Assembly (NCBI GenBank): GCA_026936335.1
Contig: JAPMXV010000044.1
Location: 501,289-565,288, forward strand
DNA length: 64,000 nucleotides
Reading direction: 5' to 3'
From: Mantamonas sphyraenae STR306
Lineage: Eukaryota > Protista > CRuMs
Positions 47,701-57,804 of this stretch are shown one piece after another. Within the stretch, counting starts at the first letter, position 1. Each line of letters begins with the position of its first letter. The notes below the pieces were generated by a model. It was given only the letters and a program-made list of their open reading frames with translations. It did not search any database and was not told the DNA's origin. Both the position numbers and the translations under genes were made by a program.

Positions 47701-50700
47701 ACCCTTGCGCGTGGAGGTTGTGGGAGACATCCGCAACGACCTGGGGACGTCGCTGCCTGCGCGTGGATCGCTGGTTGTGGGAGGAAACTTTGGCACGCTT
47801 GCGGGACCGTGTGTGACACGTCTTGTGGCGGAGGATTTGGACAACAAGGACAACACCTACGGTAACGGCGATGCACTGGTACTTGTGTTTAGCGAAGCGA
47901 CGAATCAGCCGCCGGTTGGAAGCAAGAGCGCAGTGGACGCGCTGATGACCTTTTCGCAGCCGATTGGCAGTGATTACGTGGGCAAGTGGCGCAACGCGAG
48001 TGCTCTGGAGATTGAACTGGTGGACACGGCGGGTGTGAGCTCTGCACCGTCGCTTGGGGTGCTTACGGTGACGCTTGTGAGCGGGATCCGGAACGCTGCA
48101 GAGACGTCGCTTGTGAGCGCATGCGTGTCGCCGACACTGGTTGGCAACTGGGGCACGTTTATTCCGCCGCCCGTGGTGCCGCCTGTGTGCCCGGAGTACT
48201 TCTGGGTGCTGATTGGCGTGTTTCTGTTGGGACTGGTGGTGAGCCAAGCGTGGTTCTACCAGCGTGCTGCAACTCGCAAGAAGCTGCTCGAGGCGTTGCG
48301 AGGACGCGAGAAGATGAAGGTGGTGGACATGTTTGGTGTGATGCCACGTGAGGTGGACAGCGACAGCGACGAGGGAGACAGCGACCGTGAGAGTGGAGAA
48401 AGCAGCAGCGAGGGAGAGCGTTCGCGCACGGTGGGACATCGTGTGATGGGCAAGAACAAGGTGGGCCCAGCAGAGAGCGTGGTGGCACAGAGCCTTAAGA
48501 AGCAGGCAGTGGCGGAAGACAAGGCCGTGTTCAGGATGAAGGAGCGGCTGGGCTTTGTGCTGGAGCTTGTGTTTGGCGGGCTTGGGTGCACGTTCTGCGT
48601 GCTGTGTGAGATCTGGTGGGTGGTGCCAATTGTGATTGTGGAGATGATTCTGTACTGGCTGGTGTACTACTGGCAATTCAAGCGATCGAACCAGGTTGCT
48701 GCGGAGGTGCTGCTCGCGGAGGAGAAGGAGAAGGTTGTTGCTGAAGAGAGGAAGCCGAGCGCGGCTATGGAGAAGCCGCTGAGCCAAACAAAGGGCGAGA
48801 TGATGGCGATGGAGCTGAGCGACAGCAGCGACGAGGAGGAAGCGCAGGCAGTTGAGGTGTCGCTGAGGCGGGAATCAGACGGGTACGTGCCCAAGATCCC
48901 GAACATGCTGCCGATGCTGAAGGCTGCCAAGAGAATGCGTCCGGAAAGGAGCACGGGAAGCAGCGGGGAAGACCCGGAGCTGCCGAGTGTACCGACTTTG
49001 CCGTCGCTGGGCAACGAATGGAGTGGATCAGAGGACGATCAGGAGGGCCTGACACCAGCGGCGTTGGCAGCGTTGAACGCAAACAAGAACGTGAGCGCTG
49101 GCGGGCGCGTGGCGGCGGTGCCGTCGATGCCGCAGCTTGTGCGCCTGGCGACGAACCCGAAGCTGCGCAACAAGCCGAGTGCACCGAGCAAGGGCGAGCG
49201 CAAGGGGAAGAAGGGAAGGAAGGGAAGGAAGAAGGGCGGCAAGAAGAGCGGAGCTGGTGGGGAGTTTGCCGGGCTGGGGATGGACATGCGGCCGCCGAGT
49301 GACGACAGCGACAGCGGAGCAAGCAGCTCGTCGGAGGACGAGGGAGTGCCTCGCTTGCCGCAGATCCCGACGCTTGCGAGCAGGTCGAGCAGCAGCACAA
49401 GCAGCAGGAGCCGCGAGAGCGTGGAAGGAATGACAGTGGACGGAGGTGTGAATCTGCCTTCTCTGCCAAAGGGAATGCGTGGAGCGTACAAGGGCAAGAT
49501 GAAGGGCAAGATGGTTCCGCTGCCACCGCCTCCGGGCAAGGGAAGCGTGGGCGGAAGTGCGACGCTTGCTGGGGCCGGATCTGTTGTGGGCAGCTATGGC
49601 AAGGAGGAAATGCGTACGATTGAGATCCGTGAGCCAAGGAGCGGTGGAATGGACAGCGGAGTGCTGCCGTCGATGCCAGCCAACGCGAGCGGACACGACT
49701 TGAGGATGGACGGTTACTTGCAGGCGTTGTTCCGAGAGGATTACGAGACGAGCGAAGACCAGGCTGCGGAGGAGGTTACGCTGGAGAAGGGAGTGGTGCG
49801 TGAGGAGTTTGAAGATGAGATGGCGATGGCAGCTGGGGTTGGAGCCGGGTCCGGGGGAGCCGGAGGGGTTGAAGGATTGCGCAAGCACGGGGAAGGAAAG
49901 GAAGGGGAAGAGGGAGAGGAGGAGGAAGGTGAAGATGGTGCAGCGTACGAGGAGGAGGAGGAGGGAGAGGAGGAGGGAGAGGAAGGCGAGGAGGGAGAGG
50001 AGAAGACTGAAAAGGAGAAGAGCGTGCTGCTGAACCGGGTGAGGAACAGGCGTGTGGGAAGCATGATGAAGGGCAAGGGACCGCTGAGGAACAGGAGGTT
50101 GGAGGGAGTGCAGGGTGGAGCAAGGGCACGCGGAGTGAGCAGCGGACAGATGAGCTTCATGAAGTTTGGTGGATCGAGCGCGAACCTGACGGGAGCAAGC
50201 CGACGAGCGGAGGCCAAGAGGAGGATTGAGGCAGCGGAGAGTAAGTGGATTGGGCTGATGGAGACGATGAGCATGCAGACGAGCAGCGAGCGTGAAGAGA
50301 CGAACAAGCCGAGGCTGGAGGTGAGCTCGAAGTTGAGGAGGTTGGTGTCGACGGCGGTGATGCGAGCGGAGGTGGTGACGAGCAAGACGGAGAAGGATGT
50401 GGTTGCGATTGTGAGGAACACGTACGACGGAAAGAGCAACAGTGACCTGTTTGAGAGCAGCAGCTCGAACGCGGAAAAGGTGAAACGACTGCCGGACTTT
50501 GTGTACGACACGCTGCGCGTGGAATTTGGAACGAAGAAGGCGACAGAAACGGAGCTGTGGAAGCTGATTGTGGCGCTGACGGAGCTGAGGAAGCAGAACG
50601 CAGAGCTGGACATGTTTAGCGAGTTCCTGGAGGAGAGCCGTACGCTGGATGAGCTTGTGTTTTTCCTGTATGTGAGGACGGTTGTGCTGAACACGTTTAC

Positions 50701-51295
50701 AGGCGTGCTGGTGCCGACCAACTCGTCGCTGTGCATGCCTGAGTACATCTGTATGAAGCGTGCAGCGGCGGTTGTGAAGCGAGTGCTGGGCTTCCAGAGC
50801 GCGTCGGGTCAGTACGACTTTTTGAGGCGGGTGATGGAGCAGAGCGTGTCGCTGAAGGACGAAGAGGTGAAGAAGAGCGTGTACATGCCTGCCGGAAAGG
50901 ATGTGGCGTGGGCAGAGAGTCAGGACGACGAGCTGCCGCAGAACAGGCGTGTGGCGCTGGTGAAGTTTGAGACGATGCTGCTGGAGGAGTACGACGGAAT
51001 CCAGAAGAGGCATAGGGAGCGTCTGTCGATGGCGTTTGACCAGATCGACGTGAACGGAGACGGCGAGCTGGACGTGGAGGAGTTTGCGGCGGTGTGCCGT
51101 GCGATTGACGAGAACATGGAGGAAGAGAAGATGGAGCAGATGTACTCTGAGGGCACGGACGGTGGGACGCGTGTGATGGACCGCGAGCAGTACGACCGTG
51201 TGACGTGCAAGGTGTTGCTGCGGGAGTTGATTCTGGCAGATGTGCGTGCAGCTGGAGTTGGGAGGAGCGGAGGCGAGCGGATGAAGCGAGGATGA
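20788..51295 (+). CDS. Giant (~10,000 aa) cell-surface protein: SP-LamG-EGF-unknown domain-PSI x2-EGF array-~60 cadherin/Ig-like repeats-TNQP-type repeats-TM(s)-disordered region-EF-hand module; exons 20788-20887, 21091-21900, 22179-51295
   Basis: Signal peptide MLRARVPGVYALILLCVCTFLSSPASA. The LamG-like exon (IKFDGVND, LYVNG, FGGHLAEF) joins in frame to a 29.1-kb stop-free exon. PSI motifs CGDCTADPLCGWC and CGDCVAREGCGWC; recurrent (V/I)NDAP...ED...(V)SDVD Ca-binding linkers; TM at ~48197-48259; EF loop DVNGDGELDVEE. The spliced CDS is 30,027 nt (10,008 aa). Confidence 0.9.
40157..45320 (+). repeat. Near-identical higher-order coding tandem repeat (2,433-bp unit x2 plus partial; internal 672-bp unit)
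   Basis: GTGAACGACGCGCCTGTGGTGACGGTGCCTGGAGCACAGACTGTGGACGAAGAC recurs at 40157, 42590 and 45023. Identical 221-aa antisense shadow ORFs recur at 41161, 41833, 43594 and 44266. Confidence 0.95.
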
Positions 51296-51609
51296 TGACA
51301 GGGACAGGAGGAGTGAAAGAAATGGAGAAGGGATTTGTCCGCTGACGGTGTGTGTGTGTGTGTGCGGCAGTGAGGCCAAGTTGAAAACAAAGAGTGCGTG
51401 CTCGGGGATGGTGGTGGGTGATGTGAATGAGACAGATGGTGGAGGAGTGGCCAAAAGGAGGGATAGGAGTGTGTGTGGGGCGGGAGGGGCAAGGATGGAT
51501 GTTGGCTGTTGGGGCAAAGGGAGGGAGGGCTGGGGGTTGTGTTTTTGGAGCGTGGCGGCAACGGCTCTCTGACACCGAGAGTTTTTTCGTGGACACACAG
51601 CACTGGAAG

Positions 51610-52552
51610 ATGCGAACTATTGTGTTGATTACGGTTGCGCTGGTGGTGTGCTCTGCATTTGCTGCCAAGACATGCACAAAGGCAAACGATTGCGCGAGTG
51701 TAGGTTGAGAGAGACGAAGGCGAGGGAAGGGGCGCGGGGAAAATTGTGCGGGGCTGCATCCTGGTGGTGGGAGGGGTTCGGAGGGAGGGTGCGGGTGAAG
51801 GGATGTGTTTGGAGACGGGAGGGTTTGAGGATGGGCAGTAGAGGGAAAGGGCGGGGCTGTGGAAGTCAGGAAAGGGAGGTGGGATTGGGGTATGGAAGAA
51901 AGGCTGGGGGAGGGGAGAGCGGGGGGCGGGGAACGGTCAAAACGGGTGTTTGTGGGAAGGTGCGGTTGCTCACACACCGAGATGGTTGTTGGACCGGGCC
52001 GGGCACACACAGGAGGCAAACGGAGCACAGAACTGCGTGCTGGACAGGAGCAGCAACGCAAACAGCACGACGCTGGGTTGCCTGGAGTGCGACCCGACTG
52101 ACGCAAACAAGGATTGCTTCTGCGGACTGAGCGAGATTTGCTACAACGTGCCGGGCGACAGCAAGTGGGGCACGTGCCAACCTGCCAACCTGACGATGAT
52201 CGGCAAGCAGTGCGACCCTGCGGTGACTGCAGCCAATTTGGACAAGGATACAAACACGCTTGCGTTCTGCGGCGCAACGGAGATCAAGGAGAACAAGCTG
52301 TACGTGCAGTGGTCTGGAGCGTGCGTCAGCAACGTGTGCCAGCGCTGCACAGTGGGCGGCACGGCATGCACTATCACGGACGGCGACAGGCGCACGTGCC
52401 CGAACGGTGACGGATATGTGGACAACGTTGGGGGCGTGACGGGCTGGGCTGCGCTGGGAAGCAACGTGCCGTCGTTCTTTTCCTTCCTGTATGCTCTGGT
52501 GCTGATCCCCGTGGCAGCCGTGCTGTGCTTCAAGACAGTCAAGACTGCTTGA
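51610..52552 (+). CDS. 16-Cys secreted protein with C-terminal membrane anchor, paralog 1 (type A); exons 51610-51699, 52013-52552
   Basis: Signal peptide, KTCTKANDCAS|EANGAQNC...FCG...WSGACVSNVCQRC, hydrophobic C-terminus; GTAGGT...CAG intron in phase 0. Confidence 0.85.
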
Positions 52553-52661
52553 GCGGAAAGTGGGTCTGAAGAGGCGCGGAGGGAAAGGAGGAGGAGAGGA
52601 TTGCGCGGATGCGTCGGCGACGCAAATCAAATTTTTCTTTTGAAGGAAAGCGAACAACAAC

Positions 52662-53748
52662 ATGCAGGCAAAGTTGGTTATGTGTGTGGTCCTTGTGGCC
52701 GTGGTTGCGTTTGCAAGCGCAAAGGAGTGCAAGAACCCCAACGAGTGCGGTAGCGAGGCAGGGATGCCGATCTGTGCGACGGACTACTCGTCGTCGACGA
52801 ACGCCACCAAGTCGAAGTGCATGCAGTGCAACCCCGCGGCTGCGTCGAAGGATTGCCAGTGCGGCATCAACATGGTTTGCTGGAACGTGCGCGGCGATGT
52901 AAGTTTTTCCAACGGACTGCGCGGGAAGGCGCGCGGAGGCGAGGGAGTGTGTGGGAGTGGGAAGGGAGGAGCGTGGGTGTGTTGAGGAGAGAGAGGGAGT
53001 GTGGGGGTAGGAGGAGACTTTAGTCGTGGGATGGAGAGGCGGTGGAGGTGAAGAGGAGGGAGCGGAGGGGGAGTGGGGAAGGCGGCACAAAAAACGCGCA
53101 CGTGGTCGGGGATGCACTGCAGTGCAAAGGGCGACCAGGCGCGTGCGAGAGGAGGCAGGAGTGGCAACAGGGCCAGGGAGATGCGGGTGGGGATGTGAGG
53201 AGGGAGACGGAAGTGGTGACAAGGATGTGGGGTGTGGGGTGTGGTTGTGTGGCGTGGCGTGGAGAGGCAGAGGCACACAACGGCTAGTGCGAGGCGGCCC
53301 TCCGGTTTCGGGAAACAAGAGCGGAAAAAGGTGTGACTAACACGCAACTCGGGGCACACGCGTACAGAGCGACTACGGCATGTGCAAGGCGGCCGACACG
53401 GCGATGGTGGGCCAGGCGTGCTCTCCGCTGGTGAACGCAGCGAACCTGAAGAAGGACGAGAACGAGAAGCTGTTCTGCGGCCAGGCTGTGGAGAAGGAGA
53501 GCAAGTACTACGTTGTGTGGAGCGGCAGCTGTGTGCAGGGCACTTGCCAGAGGTGTGAGGTGGAGAGCACAGCCGGATGCGGGGACAACAGGCGCTGCAA
53601 CGACGGCAGCGGGTACTCGACGTACTTTGCAGGCCCGTTCTCGTGGTCGCTGCTGGGTGCGAACGCTCTGTCGTTTACCATGTTTGTGACGTTCCCGTTT
53701 GTGGCGGTTGCTTCCATCGCGTATGCCATCAAGGTGTGCCGCGGCTGA
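52662..53748 (+). CDS. 16-Cys membrane-anchored protein, paralog 2 (type B); exons 52662-52898, 53368-53748
   Basis: MQAKL signal peptide and the same Cys skeleton; intron GTAAGT...TGACTAAC...CAG after CWNVRGD. Confidence 0.85.
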
Positions 53749-53788
53749 AGATGAAGATGAAGATGCTGGAGTGAAAATTGAAGTTCGT

Positions 53789-56023
53789 TCATTGTGAGGC
53801 CATTTGTGCGACGAGCTCGTCGACGTCGCAGGGAATGCCGTCTTTCCAGAGAACCCACTCGCCAATGGCGACCTCTTGCCCGCCAAGCATCCAGACGGGG
53901 CGGCCGTCGGGGCCAACACGCCCCGCAGGGACGCAGGCAATGCCGGCGGCCTCGGCGACCTGTTGGACGTACTCGCGGTAGGTGATGTCTTTGACAGGAG
54001 GGCGAGTGGAGGAGGAGGAGGTTGTTGTGGTGTGCGAGTTGTCTGCGGGACGCGCGAGCTCGCGGACGCGTTCGACGACAGCGACAGCCTGGGGCAGGTC
54101 TCTGCCCTCGACCCAGTCGTCGATGAGTGCGTAGGCGAGTCGAAGTTGAGCCTGGACCTGCTGGGAATCGAGGACATCTTGGCCAAGGAGGGAACTCCAC
54201 ATTTGGACCCATGCCATGAGCTCTTCTGCGTCTGCACCGGCAGTGAGCCATGTGTGGAGACCGACCATCCAGTCGGGGAAAAACGAGTCGTGGAGCATGC
54301 CGACAAAGGCAGCAGGTGGAACGTGAGCGTGCCACTGCATGAGGAGACGAACATGGGCCTCGTCGACGTCAAATGGCTCACGTGCGGCGGCGCGGACCAG
54401 ATCAGCGACACGGGGAAGGGCAACGGAGGCGACTGTGTCACGGCCAAGGACACGGGACCAAGGGCTGAGCCAGTCGGGCATGCCTGCGCTGGGGAGCCAG
54501 GAGCGCATCCACGAAGCGATGCGCTTGCGTGCAGACTTGATGACGGCATGGCGGTCAGAGTCTGCAAGCTCGGGCAGCCATGGATGGACCCAGGTATGCA
54601 TGCGGTTGGCGTCTGTGTCGCGCTGGCCGATGGCTCTGCGAAGCTGTTCGGCGACGAGATGGCGGACGTGTGCGGCCATCCATTCGGTGAGGGCAGGCTG
54701 CCATTGCTGGAGGGTGGCAAGGAGTGCGTCGGAGGCACGATGGTCGCGCATGGAGCAGTTTGTGATCTGCTGGCGCAGCCAGGGGATGACAAGTTGCCAC
54801 TGAAGGCGGCCGTAGACATCCTCGTCGGAAAATGGTTCAATGTGGCCGTGGTCTGGGTCGGGTACACAGTCGCGGATGGACTGAAGTCGCTGGACGACAG
54901 TGTGTGCGTCGCGAGGCAGCGCCTGGATCCAGGTGCGTACTGCTGGAAAGACGAGAGGAACGACAAGCTGGTGGAGGCGGAACTGGCGGTATGCGCTCGG
55001 GTGAGCCTGGCGATACTGCTGGAGGGTGGTAAGGACGGCATGCCAGTCATCAGCGCTGTCGACGCAGGCCTGAACGCAGGCCTGGACGTCTGCGACAGCG
55101 TTGACGCGTTCGAGGTCGCGGCGTGTGGCAGCTTCGTACTCGGCCTCCTGGCGCTGCAAGACAGCGAGCTGGGACTGATGATGGGTGGACTTTGCGTCGA
55201 GATGTGCAATGTGTGCGCGGGACATGTCGACGAGGGTGCGGAGATTGTCCTTGAGCGGGAGGTCGTCGTTGCGGGCGGTGGAGGCGGACGCTTCGGCAAG
55301 GGAGTTGAGGAGGCGCGTCTGCGGGCCGCGCATGTCGACGACGACCATAGGCGAGTGGAGGGAGGATTCTGGAGTGTGTGTGTCCGCATATTGGATGCGA
55401 GGCGCCTTTGGGGTGCGAGACGAACTGCGGCGCCACTCACCGTGGCGCTGTGGGGTGGTGGTCGAGTGGTGAGTGCCGTGTGGGTCGTGGTGGCCTTGGT
55501 CGTCTTGAGAGGTCGTGTCTGCCTGGATGGAGCGAAAGTCGTTTGCAGCGGTGTCGTTCTCGTTGATTCCGGCGCCGTGTTCGCGGATGATCACCTGGAC
55601 GGGCTTGACAATGCCACGGGACGGGTCTTTGCCCATTGCACCGCCGGTGTAGCCCATTTTGCGCATGAGCTTGGAGCCAATGCCCTTTGTGTGCTTCTCG
55701 AACTTTGCAAAGTCGGCGTCGTGGCCAGCAAAGGCGGGCGCGGATTCCGTGCGCTTACGCGGACGTCGTGAGGATGAGCGGCGGGGAGAGGGGGGAGGGG
55801 AAGGGGAGGAGGAAGAGGAAGAGGAGGAGGAGGAGGAGGAGCTGACGAAGCGAACGGCGGAAGAGGAGGAGCGGTTCGGGGTAGGGGACGGGGAGCGCGG
55901 AGGGGCAAAGACGCCATAGATTGGGTCGAGGTCGTCTTTGCGGCGGCGTTTGTGGGAGTGGTGAGAGGAAGGGTCCTCGTCCTCTTCTTCGTCTGAGGAT
56001 GAGTCGTCTGCGAAGAAGTTCAT
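53789..56023 (-). CDS. TFIP11: Tuftelin-interacting protein 11 / Ntr1 / STIP (G-patch spliceosome disassembly factor), intronless
   Basis: Acidic N-terminus with IYGVFA; G-patch FEKHTKGIGSKLMRKMGYTGGAMGK..RGIVKPV; VVDMRGPQ; HTWVHPWLP, LSPWSRV, FFPDW..LHTWL, EELMAW..W (GCFC-type region). Confidence 0.88.
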   Translation of the reverse strand: MNFFADDSSSDEEEDEDPSSHHSHKRRRKDDLDPIYGVFAPPRSPSPTPNRSSSSAVRFVSSSSSSSSSSSSSPSPPPSPRRSSSRRPRKRTESAPAFAGHDADFAKFEKHTKGIGSKLMRKMGYTGGAMGKDPSRGIVKPVQVIIREHGAGINENDTAANDFRSIQADTTSQDDQGHHDPHGTHHSTTTPQRHGEWRRSSSRTPKAPRIQYADTHTPESSLHSPMVVVDMRGPQTRLLNSLAEASASTARNDDLPLKDNLRTLVDMSRAHIAHLDAKSTHHQSQLAVLQRQEAEYEAATRRDLERVNAVADVQACVQACVDSADDWHAVLTTLQQYRQAHPSAYRQFRLHQLVVPLVFPAVRTWIQALPRDAHTVVQRLQSIRDCVPDPDHGHIEPFSDEDVYGRLQWQLVIPWLRQQITNCSMRDHRASDALLATLQQWQPALTEWMAAHVRHLVAEQLRRAIGQRDTDANRMHTWVHPWLPELADSDRHAVIKSARKRIASWMRSWLPSAGMPDWLSPWSRVLGRDTVASVALPRVADLVRAAAREPFDVDEAHVRLLMQWHAHVPPAAFVGMLHDSFFPDWMVGLHTWLTAGADAEELMAWVQMWSSLLGQDVLDSQQVQAQLRLAYALIDDWVEGRDLPQAVAVVERVRELARPADNSHTTTTSSSSTRPPVKDITYREYVQQVAEAAGIACVPAGRVGPDGRPVWMLGGQEVAIGEWVLWKDGIPCDVDELVAQMASQ

Positions 56024-56099
56024 GGTGTTGTTGGGTGGGGAAGCGGGGGAGGGAAGGGTTGGCATGGATCATGAAGAAGGTTCATTGGGTCAGATCTGC

Positions 56100-57330
56100 T
56101 TATTTCTTGAAGGTCTTGAAGCAGTAGAGGGGTGCGAGGACGAGCACGGTGACAAAGGCGAGGAAGAGGAAAAGGTTGGCCGGAGCAAAGAAGAGAGCGT
56201 TCCAGCTGTAGCCGGTGCCAGCGCGCTGGATGGTGTAGCCCTGGCCAGAGAGGCAGTAGCGGCTGTCCTGGGTAGTGCACGAGGAGGAACCTGGGCGGCA
56301 TCGCTGGCAGACACCCTTGTCGCAAACGCCCTCCCAGAGGACGGTGTACTTGCTGTCCTTCTCGACGTACTGGCCGCAGAAGGCCTTTTCGTTCTCGTCC
56401 TTCTTGAGGTTCACGCTGTTGACATCGTTGGAGCAGAACTGGCCGACCTTGCTGGTGTCGGGTGCGACACAGGTACCGTACTCACTCTGTGGAGGGGGGC
56501 GGAGATTGAGAGTCAGCGGGCCGTTTTGCTCTTGCGAAGGAGGCGTTTGGTTTGTGGCGGGCATGGCGGTTGCAGGGGAGGACGAGGCACCCAATGCAGG
56601 GTGCAAAGTGGGCCAAGGATAGGTGTGGAGGGAGAAAGGATGCAGACGGGGGGCGGTGGCGGGCGGTTGTGCGGGAGGGCGGACTTGCTGCAAAGGGCGC
56701 GCAGACCAAGTAGCCGTTGTGCGGAAAGGGCAGCCTGTGTGGCCATGCACAGAGCTGGAGAGAACATGGATGGGCGAGGACGGCTCGGGCAACAACGGCC
56801 GAGGGCAGGGGGAGGTTGGGACACAATGCAGGTAGCAGGTGGAGCCAAAGGGAGGCGTGGCGTGGAAGCAGGTTACGGATCCACAAAAAAAAAGTTGACC
56901 AAGGGGGCAAGATGCCGCAGCGCTGGCGCAGGTATGCACAGAGGACACAAGGAATGGGGAGGTGCGATGGGTGGAAGGCAGGAACAGGGGAGGAGGGTGG
57001 GTGGAGGGGCAGGGGAGGTTGCGGAGGGGCGGTTTTGCGGGAGGAGTTTTGCGGGGGCTGGTGGAGAGACAAAGACACGGACGGACGTACCTGGCCCTTG
57101 ACGTTGTAACAGATCTGGCTGAGGCCACAGTGGCAGTCCTTGGTGTTGGACTCTGGGTTGCAGGCCATGCAGACCATCTTGGTGGTGGCGTTGGCACTGG
57201 CGGTGTAGTCGAGCGCACAGATGGGCTTGCCCTGCTCCGTGGCGCAGTCGTTGTAGGTCTTGCACTCCTTTGCAGTTGTGAGAGCAACCAGGGCCACGAG
57301 GGCGATACAGATGATGAGTTTTGCCTGCAT
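56100..57330 (-). CDS. 16-Cys membrane-anchored protein, paralog 3 (type B); exons 57330-57091, 56486-56100
   Basis: MQAKL signal peptide; shares NLKKDENEK.FCGQ.VEK.SKY with paralog 2; GTACGT...CAG intron at the same position as in paralog 2. Confidence 0.85.
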
Positions 57331-57804
57331 TGTGATTGTTCAGGTGGATTTTTTGTTGGTTGCCCGTGGGGGGCGATGGCCGGAGGAGGAGTTGCTGGCA
57401 GACGCGGGTGTGTGATCATGGGAGGGGAGGAGGAGAGGGGAGAGGAGGGAAGGGACCGGGTGTTGGGTCAGGGAGGAGTGGAAGGGAGGGTGGTGGCGCG
57501 TGTTGGGGATCGGAGGCGGGGAATCGTCCGGTGTCCGGGATGCGCGAGGCGAACGAACCGCGCGTCGGGACGCAAGAAATTTTTTCCTTGTGAATTCTGG
57601 TAGGTGAAAGGAGCAGAGGGGCGAGAAAGGAGGGAGGGACGGGAGCAGGGATTGGAGGGATCGGAGGAGGAGAGGGAGTGGGAGGAGGAAGGTGGAAAAG
57701 CAAGAGGAAGAAAGGCGGTGCGCGCTTGGACAAGGCAGGTCACCAAATTTTGCAACGGCTACAACGCTGACCCGGAGCGGTTTTTTGGGCTGGAACAGAG
57801 AAAG

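Noticed and set aside
53804-55771. 655-aa + strand ORF (also 860-2158, 56022-57101, 60130-61842)
   Set aside because: These are antisense to well-supported genes (TFIP11, P2X, Cys paralog 3, telomere-proximal gene) and have no independent motifs.
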